Assembly: GCA_043820105.1 (NCBI GenBank)
Contig: JBDREC010000097.1
Coordinates: forward strand, 1-32,839
Direction of reading: 5' to 3'
Length of the DNA: 32,839 bases
Origin: Pseudomonadota bacterium
GTDB taxonomy: Bacteria > Bdellovibrionota_F > JAHFAK01 > JBDREC01
In this document: positions 18,032-25,489 of the stretch, piece by piece
How positions within the stretch are numbered: position 1 is the first letter of the stretch
Layout: every line of letters begins with the position of its first letter
Program-made: the position numbers and the translations under genes
Notes under the pieces: model-generated
Database searches by the model: none
What the model saw: the letters and a program-made list of their open reading frames with translations, nothing else
Told to the model about the DNA's origin: nothing

Positions 18032-19207
18032 TTACACCTCCTTTACGAAAGTAAGGCAAACAACGTTGTTTCCAAAACCTCCAAAGTTACAAGTAAAGCC
18101 AACTTTCGCATCTTTTACCTGTCTTTTTTTAGCTTCACCCCTTAATTGAAGAACTATTTCGTGTGCTTGGCCAACGCCAGTTGCTCCAACTGGATGTCCC
18201 TTTGCCTTCAAGCCACCAGATGTGTTAATAGGGATTTTTCCACCAAGCTTTGTTTCGCCTCTTTCGAGTGCTAAATGCCCTTCACCTTTTTTGAAAAAAC
18301 CAACTTCTTCTGATTCAACGATTTCTAGAATTGTGAAAGCATCATGAAGTTCTGCAACATTTACATCTTTTGGTTTTAGCTTTGCCATATCAAAAGACAT
18401 TTTTGCAGCACGCCTTACTGCTAATAAATCAGTTGGTTCTTCTCTTTCAAAAACAGCGTGAGTATCAGTTGCTTGACCAAGGCCAGCTAAGCTGACAAGA
18501 GGCTTATCAAGAGTCTGTGCTTTTTCTTTTGTTGTTAAGATCAAGCAGGCTGAACCATCTGAAACTGGACAGCAATCAAAGAACCTTAGAGGGTCAGCTA
18601 CAACTGGATTATTTGTAGATGCTTCTGGTGAATCAATAATTCCTTCTAAGGTCACGCGTTGATGCAAGTGAGCGTAAAAATTATCCATTGCATGGTCATG
18701 GTTTTTTACAGCAACCATTGCAAGGTGTCTCTCAGTAACTCCATATTTTTCCATATATAATCTTGTAAACATTCCAGCTAAAGATGGAAGAGTCACGCCA
18801 TAAATATATTCAGCTAAAGGATGAGATAAAGTTGACACAAAGTCAGTTGCATCTAAATTATTTACTTCTCTCATTCTTTCAGCACCAATTACCATTACAG
18901 TGTCGCATAAGCCTGAAGCAATCGCTGTATATCCTTGCATAATTGCGCTAGCTCCAGAAGCTGGTCCATTTTCAATGGAAGTTGCTCCAGCTGGTATCAA
19001 ATTCAAAGAACATGTAACAGCAGAAGCCAAGCCAGTTTGAGAGTTAACTCTTCCTGAACCCATATTTGCAACAAAAACGTGATCCATTTTATTTAAGCCA
19101 CAATCTTTCATTGCCATCATACCTGAGTAGGATGCAATTTCAGACAAGGGATATTCAAGCCGTGTAAAACTCGTAATTCCAATGCCTGCTACATATACAT
19201 TTCTCAT
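18032..19207 (-). CDS. SCP2/archaeal-type thiolase-fold protein lacking the N-terminal nucleophilic Cys
   Basis: VAVKNH, PL..FDCCPVSDG, AELHDAFT and NTSGGLKAKGHPVGATG are present; IENGPASG replaces the usual ENACASG. Confidence 0.9.
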   Translation of the reverse strand: MRNVYVAGIGITSFTRLEYPLSEIASYSGMMAMKDCGLNKMDHVFVANMGSGRVNSQTGLASAVTCSLNLIPAGATSIENGPASGASAIMQGYTAIASGLCDTVMVIGAERMREVNNLDATDFVSTLSHPLAEYIYGVTLPSLAGMFTRLYMEKYGVTERHLAMVAVKNHDHAMDNFYAHLHQRVTLEGIIDSPEASTNNPVVADPLRFFDCCPVSDGSACLILTTKEKAQTLDKPLVSLAGLGQATDTHAVFEREEPTDLLAVRRAAKMSFDMAKLKPKDVNVAELHDAFTILEIVESEEVGFFKKGEGHLALERGETKLGGKIPINTSGGLKAKGHPVGATGVGQAHEIVLQLRGEAKKRQVKDAKVGFTCNFGGFGNNVVCLTFVKEV

Positions 19208-19971
19208 TTTTTACCCCCCTCTTCTTTTTTATTATCCTGAATCCACTTCTGAGACATTAAAGCAGTGCCAGTGGGGTCACCCATTGCTCTTGTACAAGCC
19301 ATCAAATCTATTGGAGGTTTTGGAGGATCAGATGGTGGTAAAATCCCAGCTTTTGCTTTTTCAAGAAGCTTTTCAGGAACTGGTCTTCTTCCAACAACCA
19401 ATGTTTCTCTTGCTCTATCAAAAAGTGCCTTTGTAAGTGACCAGGAAGGTGGTCCACCAAGTTCATGCGGAATATGAAAGCGTTTTTCAAGTTTATATTC
19501 AATCATCCATCTTCTAAAACCAATTGGACTTTCTGCTACAACTAAAACCTCTTTTTGCTTTATTATATCAATGTGATATTCCATTTTAGCTGCAAAAGCA
19601 TGAGCACCAATCCTAAGACCTCTTCTTAAGCAAAGAGTGTGATAGCTCATTCCAACATCTTTATCTACTAAGCGACCATTAACAATAGCACAAAGCTCGC
19701 CATCAATTTGAGCAACTAATACATATTCATCTTGAACTCTATATCTGACATAAGATAAAAGTTCAGCATAAACCCTGGCTGCAACTATATCATAATAATC
19801 CCTTTCAACATGAATCAAGGGTTCTACATATTTCATTACGTCAACGGTTTCTTCTCTTGAGATTTGCCTGATAACCATTTCTTCGCCACTTGCTAAGGTT
19901 ACATATTTAGCTGGAAATGGTGGAAATGGATTTTCCACAGGTCTTAATACTTTTTCTAAATCAACAGACAT
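19204..19971 (-). CDS. Hypothetical protein, possible GNAT-like fold
   Basis: MVIRQIS, VLVAQIDGELCAIV and LRRGLRIG resemble GNAT beta1, beta2-3 and motif A. It overlaps the thiolase start (ATGA) and has an AGGAGG RBS. Confidence 0.6.
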   Translation of the reverse strand: MSVDLEKVLRPVENPFPPFPAKYVTLASGEEMVIRQISREETVDVMKYVEPLIHVERDYYDIVAARVYAELLSYVRYRVQDEYVLVAQIDGELCAIVNGRLVDKDVGMSYHTLCLRRGLRIGAHAFAAKMEYHIDIIKQKEVLVVAESPIGFRRWMIEYKLEKRFHIPHELGGPPSWSLTKALFDRARETLVVGRRPVPEKLLEKAKAGILPPSDPPKPPIDLMACTRAMGDPTGTALMSQKWIQDNKKEEGGKK

Positions 19972-20174
19972 ATAGTCCTCCTAAGTGTGATATATAAAAA
20001 TGATAACCTAAAATAAGGTATTTTTAAAAAAGAGAAATTTTCTATATCAATAATGTGGAGATTACAAGAAATATATTAGATAAAAATAATCAGAAAGATT
20101 TACAATTTACTTGATTAATGGTATGATAATAGTATCATTTAACGCAATCTGGCAAATGAACTAAAGGGGCATTT

Positions 20175-21449
20175 ATGAACATGGGACTAAAATCATCAAT
20201 TTTTCTAATTTCTTTATCCTTATTACTAATTATTTTTTCATATGGCACTCCATCTGGTTGTGGTGGCACATATGATGAAGCTAATGACTCACGAGTATTA
20301 AATACTAGTGAAAAAACAGCCCTAGATGGAAATGGGGCTGATTTTGATCAAGGTGACTATGGCAAAGAAGTTGGAGAAGATGGCCTTGTTACAAGCCCAG
20401 ACAGGCTTCCTGAAAACTGTGAAAAATATTCGATAGATTCCATCCAAAGTAAAATTAATGAGATTGCATCTTCCACAATTGATGAAAACCAATTATATGA
20501 ATACTTATTCGAAACACTTGATTATTATGGCACAAATAAACGAATGCCAGATAATGAAGAAATCATTGAAAAAGGTCTTTATTTTATCTTGCATTATGCA
20601 GCCCAGGACTTAGAGGAAATTGGAAATATTACACCACTTGTTGGCAACTTGCGGGATTTTATCTCATCAATAGATAATGATCCTAAAAATATGGACAGTT
20701 TTAATTCTACTACCAATTCAGTAGACTTAGAGTATTCCAGCGACAGTTCACAAAGCTTTTCATATTATTTTGATAAATCACTAGTCTCTCCTGCTTTAGA
20801 AGAGAAACAAGGGAGAGCCTACCTTGGGGTTTTAATAGAAGGCTTGAGTGAACTTGAAATTAAATATGAATTTGAATTTTCAGGTCAACATTATGATTCA
20901 GAAAACAATGACACATATTATATTGATGGAGAAGCTGAATTAACCTTAATACCCTTTGAATCAACACCAGATGAAGAAAATCGAAGAATCAACAATGTTC
21001 GTTATTTTTCGCAAACAAATCGCTTTAGCTCAAAAATTATTTCGTATTTAGGAGAAGATCTTATTGCTGAAAAGATAAGTTTTAATATTTCACCTGGGAT
21101 TGTTGCAGAGCTAAAACTGCTGGCATTTGATTTTACAGTTGACAATGGCAATACAAATGATGTCCATGAACTTTTAGAGAAATATAATCTTCTCTTAGAA
21201 TACGCCTTTAACACAAATACAAGTTTCGATGAACTTTTTGATAATGTAAAAAACAATATTGATGAGTTTGATTATGCAGATGAACTTTTCAGCGAACTAT
21301 TAAGCGAAGCCGCTTTACTAAAAATCCAAGAGGATAAACCCTTGGCTCAAATGAGAAATCCATATATTCGCTCAATCAATAACGATGATACAATTACGAT
21401 TTGCGTTGAAGAGATGCCAGAGGAAATCCCCACATATAATTCAAGATAA
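20175..21449 (+). CDS. Hypothetical acidic exported protein, possible lipoprotein
   Basis: Hydrophobic signal then PSGC; AAGGGG RBS. No family recognised. Confidence 0.75.
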   Translation: MNMGLKSSIFLISLSLLLIIFSYGTPSGCGGTYDEANDSRVLNTSEKTALDGNGADFDQGDYGKEVGEDGLVTSPDRLPENCEKYSIDSIQSKINEIASSTIDENQLYEYLFETLDYYGTNKRMPDNEEIIEKGLYFILHYAAQDLEEIGNITPLVGNLRDFISSIDNDPKNMDSFNSTTNSVDLEYSSDSSQSFSYYFDKSLVSPALEEKQGRAYLGVLIEGLSELEIKYEFEFSGQHYDSENNDTYYIDGEAELTLIPFESTPDEENRRINNVRYFSQTNRFSSKIISYLGEDLIAEKISFNISPGIVAELKLLAFDFTVDNGNTNDVHELLEKYNLLLEYAFNTNTSFDELFDNVKNNIDEFDYADELFSELLSEAALLKIQEDKPLAQMRNPYIRSINNDDTITICVEEMPEEIPTYNSR

Positions 21450-21991
21450 TTTTTTTCATTGCATTTGTTTCATTTGCAACAGCAATTGCAGTTGTTTTAT
21501 TTGGTAAAAAGTTTTTATCCAACATCCCAATATTAACCGGAATACTAGTTGGATATTTCTTGTCTATTTTCTTTGGTGTTATTGATTTTTCAATTGTTGA
21601 AAATGCTGCATGGTTTTCCATTCCTTGTGTTGCTTTAACAAAATCGTTTAAGCCACTCTACATGGTAATAGCAGCCTTTACAGCGATCACACTTTCCTTT
21701 TTGGGAAAGTTAGGTGCCATTTTAAAAACAATTCCAATTCCAGTTATGGGTGGCATATTAATTTTGCTATTTGGAATGATTGCAACAATTGGTATTAATT
21801 CCTTGGTTAAGGCAAAAGTAGACCTGTCAAAAGCTCAAAACCTTGTTATAGTTTCTACTATTTTAGTCTTGGGAATCGGAGATATGCAACTTTCAATTGG
21901 AAGTTATTGCCCTGGTGGCATTGGGCTTGCTGGTCTTGTGGGAATTATTTTGAACTACATTTTAATGAAATATCAATCAAAAGATTTATAA
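21440..21991 (+). pseudogene. uraA: Uracil-xanthine (NCS2/UraA-like) permease remnant
   Basis: Open frame from 21440 gives IPILTGILVGY..WFSIP joined directly to VALTK..GKLGAILKTIPIPVMGGI.ILLFGMIA..NLVI. The N-terminus and the central substrate-binding segment are absent. Confidence 0.8.
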
Positions 21992-22569
21992 TATATAGAG
22001 CTGATATATTTTTCATTTCCATCATTTGATCGAACTTTCATAAAGTGATGAAAAGGACCTTCACACATAAATTCAACGCCATTATCACTTATTTCATAGT
22101 GCATACTTTTACAGCCTATTTTTTCTTTTTCTGATTTTTCAATATACTCCTTTATATATTCAGAATTTTCTGCATTTTGACTTATTAAAATCTCTTCTAA
22201 AAGCATAGCAATATTATAACATTCAGCTTTTTCAGGACCTAATTGAGCCTTATAATAAGCAAGCTCAAACCATATTTGACCATTAGTCTTTGATATTTCT
22301 TCTTTTTGGCCAATTTCCCCCATAATCTTATTAACAAGTTCAACTTTATCAAGATCATGCTTGCTTGCAATTTGCTCAATGGAATCTAATTTATGAGCAA
22401 ACCATTTATAGTTGCATGTCATTACATTTGAATGTATTGCAACCTTTATATCTGCTATATACTGATCCTTGTTTTCAAAACTTACATGTTCTATGCTAGC
22501 CAATATATTTAAACTGAATAACATAACAATACTAATTTTATTAAGTAAATTTTTAATATTCATTTTCAA
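21973..22569 (-). CDS. Hypothetical exported protein
   Basis: 198-aa ORF with a signal-peptide-like N-terminus and GGAG RBS. Confidence 0.65.
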   Translation of the reverse strand: MKMNIKNLLNKISIVMLFSLNILASIEHVSFENKDQYIADIKVAIHSNVMTCNYKWFAHKLDSIEQIASKHDLDKVELVNKIMGEIGQKEEISKTNGQIWFELAYYKAQLGPEKAECYNIAMLLEEILISQNAENSEYIKEYIEKSEKEKIGCKSMHYEISDNGVEFMCEGPFHHFMKVRSNDGNEKYISSIYYKSFD

Positions 22570-22706
22570 TCTCCATAAATAAATTTAACAATTTTATATT
22601 TCAACATATGCTCAAGTGTAAATGAAAAAAGTAATCTTTTCAGTTTCAATTCTATGAAAATCCAATTTTGTAATTTAAGCATCTTAAAAACCCATACTTT
22701 GTTAAC

Positions 22707-22736
22707 TTGACAAAGACCTAACAAAAAGCTTATCAT
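22707..22736 (+). promoter_or_regulatory. Possible sigma70 promoter of the LysR gene
   Basis: TTGACA, 18 bp, TATCAT. Confidence 0.4.
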
Positions 22737-22777
22737 AAGTAAAATTAATTAATTTAATATCTCTATTAGGTTTTCTT

Positions 22778-23638
22778 ATGGGTATAATTTTATCATCAAA
22801 TTATCTTGAAGCCTTTTTGGCACTATGCAAAACATTGAACTTTACAAAAGCAGCTGAATCAATTTTCATTACTCAATCTGCCCTCTCACAGAGAATAAAG
22901 GCACTTGAAGATCAACTTGAGCATACATTATTTATAAGAGAGCCCTCAGATATTTCATTAACAGAAGCAGGCAAAAAGCTTCTCACCTATTGCCTGACAA
23001 AAGAAAAGTTAGAACAAGAATTTTTAAATGATTTCTTTAATAATGATGACAAAGAACTCGCTGGATCATTGAGAATTGGCAGTTATTCATCAATATTTAG
23101 GTCAGTTATAATTCCAGCCCTTGCTCCTTTAATTAGAAAAAATCCCAAGATTCATTGTGAGTTCATTTGCAAGCCCATGGCAGAATTGCCAGATTTATTA
23201 AAACAGGCTAAGGTTGATTATATAATCATGGACTATGTATTAGAAAAAACAAATATTAAGTCACACTTTCTTGGAAATGAAGAATATGTTGTAATTTCAT
23301 GCAAAAAACAAAAAACGCCGCCTAATATCTTTCTAGACAATAACCCAGAAGACAAAGCAACAAGTGACTTTTTTGCAACCCAAAAGGATAAGAAATTTAA
23401 ATATGAAAGATCTTTTATGTCCGATTGCTATGGCATTTTAGATGGTGTAAAAAACGGTCTTGGAAAAGCTGTAATCCCCATACACCTAGTTAACGAAAAG
23501 CATGGCATAAAAATAGAAAAAAAATACAACAAATATAAATTGGATGTCACTCTTCATCATTTTGAGCAGCCATACTACACGAGATTACATGATTCATTTA
23601 TTGAAACCCTAGTTTCAAATAGCAATAAATTCCTGTAA
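22778..23638 (+). CDS. LysR-family transcriptional regulator
   Basis: NFTKAAESIFITQSALSQRIKALEDQL...LFIR...LTEAG helix-turn-helix; GSLRIG. Confidence 0.95.
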   Translation: MGIILSSNYLEAFLALCKTLNFTKAAESIFITQSALSQRIKALEDQLEHTLFIREPSDISLTEAGKKLLTYCLTKEKLEQEFLNDFFNNDDKELAGSLRIGSYSSIFRSVIIPALAPLIRKNPKIHCEFICKPMAELPDLLKQAKVDYIIMDYVLEKTNIKSHFLGNEEYVVISCKKQKTPPNIFLDNNPEDKATSDFFATQKDKKFKYERSFMSDCYGILDGVKNGLGKAVIPIHLVNEKHGIKIEKKYNKYKLDVTLHHFEQPYYTRLHDSFIETLVSNSNKFL

Positions 23639-23771
23639 TATTATTTGCAGCTTCGCTGCATTTATCATTGGCTTTATTAGACGATTGAACCATTAAAACC
23701 CAATCGAAACTAGTACACATTGGGGCAAGGAGTTTAACAGATGTTAGCTCCTTAAAATATGCCACATTTTT

Positions 23772-25022
23772 TTAATAATCTATAATTACATTTGCATCTG
23801 CCAGCCACAAAGTGCCATCCATAATTCTGTTTGCATCACTAAGCGCAGCTTGACTTGAATCTGCACTCAAACACCTTACTCTTGTTTCATTGTCCTTCCA
23901 ATTTGCAAAAGCAATTTCAAAATCATCAGTAAGCATTACCAGATAAGAGTTGATACATTCATTTGAAAAGGCATTTTTTGCTAATGCTAAATGATTTTTC
24001 ATTTCTGTAAAAAACTCTTTTCTTAAATACTGTTCTTTTCTTTTGCCAATATATAGGGTGGAATTTCCACTTTTCCAGTTGACCTCTTTGTCATGCTTGA
24101 AAACAGAGTAAATCTGATTTTTTCTCATTTTTCCTTTAATATTTTCGAGCTCAACAGGTACACTGCTAAATTGACCAGTTGTTAAAGTGTCTGAGATTTT
24201 ATTTATAAAATTATCTATCGCTGGATTTGATTTTTTAAGTAGTTGCAAAATCACAGCTTTTGCTGTATCTTCTGATGATTGAGGGTTTTGCCCTGTAATA
24301 AAGGGACCGCTAACTTGAACATGAGATGACCATGGATTCTTTGAATCATATTCCGCGCCATTTTCAGTTATTCTGTTTTGCAATAAGCCTTTAAGAGGCG
24401 AATTAATAACTACTTCTAATATACCTGGAATAAAACCTTCTGCTTGTGTTTCTTCTTCATTAGAAAAAGCCGTAATTTTATATCCTTGAATTATTGGTTT
24501 TGAGTCGATCATGATATCTACTAATGCTGCTGGTCCATGACAAACCGCTGATATAATTTTTTTATCTTTATAGAATTCTGAAACAATTCCTTGTAGCTCA
24601 ATATTGCCAACTAAGTCCCATAAAACCCCATGTCCACCAACAATAAAAATTGCATCAAATGTTCTAGGTTTTTTAATTTCACTAAGTTTTTTGCTGTTGA
24701 AAAAGGCTATGTTTTCTTTGGCTTCAATGAAGTGGATTATGTTTCTAATATTTTCATCTTCTGAATTGATAATGCTACTTCTATCAACAGGAGGCTTGCC
24801 CCCTTTGGGAGAAGCCAGTACCAGCTCAAATCCAGCATTTTGGAATAATTTTGCGGGCACTACAAGCTCCTCTGCCCAGTAACCTGTTTGATGACTGGGA
24901 ATTTCGCCTTTTGAACTTGTTACAACCATAAGTATTTTGGGATTTTTGCTTGTGGCAAGCAAATTACAGCTTACAAATAATATGAAAGATAATATAAAGA
25001 TATTAGTTTTTGCATTAAACAT
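23772..25022 (-). CDS. DJ-1/PfpI (Hsp31-like, type 1 glutamine amidotransferase fold) protein with signal peptide and C-terminal extension
   Basis: KILMVVTS, TGYWAEEL..P, ASPKGG, GGHG, AVCHG (catalytic Cys) and ITGQNPQS. Confidence 0.88.
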   Translation of the reverse strand: MFNAKTNIFILSFILFVSCNLLATSKNPKILMVVTSSKGEIPSHQTGYWAEELVVPAKLFQNAGFELVLASPKGGKPPVDRSSIINSEDENIRNIIHFIEAKENIAFFNSKKLSEIKKPRTFDAIFIVGGHGVLWDLVGNIELQGIVSEFYKDKKIISAVCHGPAALVDIMIDSKPIIQGYKITAFSNEEETQAEGFIPGILEVVINSPLKGLLQNRITENGAEYDSKNPWSSHVQVSGPFITGQNPQSSEDTAKAVILQLLKKSNPAIDNFINKISDTLTTGQFSSVPVELENIKGKMRKNQIYSVFKHDKEVNWKSGNSTLYIGKRKEQYLRKEFFTEMKNHLALAKNAFSNECINSYLVMLTDDFEIAFANWKDNETRVRCLSADSSQAALSDANRIMDGTLWLADANVIIDY

Positions 25023-25113
25023 ATTTTACCTCATTTTGATGTTTATAATAATAATTATCAAAGCAATGATTTTTAAAATCAATGGTGCTTTGTTTTTCAA
25101 TATCCAATTGTTT

Positions 25114-25168
25114 GCATTAATGATGCCATGTAACATAAAAAACATGTGCCCATAATTTCAACAGGTTA
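25114..25168 (-). promoter_or_regulatory. Candidate sigma54 (-24/-12) promoter with upstream IHF-like site
   Basis: Minus strand TGGCATCATTAATGC (GG-N10-GC, 25128-25114); TTTCAACAGGTTA at 25156-25168. Confidence 0.5.
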
Positions 25169-25489
25169 TATCGCTTTGTAGTTTCTATAAATTAAAATGG
25201 GGTGTTTTAGGGCTTTTTACGCAAAAAGCGCAAAAAGTGGCAGGCAGGTCAATTTTGTTTTTGAAAGCATTTTCATAAAAGGATAATTCCATCCTCGCTC
25301 TATAAATTCAGACAGAATCGCTCTGGCGTAACTCTTAGATTAAATTGGACAAATAGCCTTGGTTTTTGTATCAAAAAAAATGCCAATTTGTGATTTTTAA
25401 CATAGATTCTATTGATATATTTTGGTATAATTAATTAACTTTAAAAAATTCAAATTATTGTAAGATATCGATATTTTAAGAAGGAAATT

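Noticed and set aside
17682-19971. Archaeal-type mevalonate (thiolase-DUF35-HMG-CoA synthase) or PhlABC cluster
   Set aside because: No HMG-CoA synthase or PhlA homolog is present, and the thiolase lacks the catalytic Cys these systems require.
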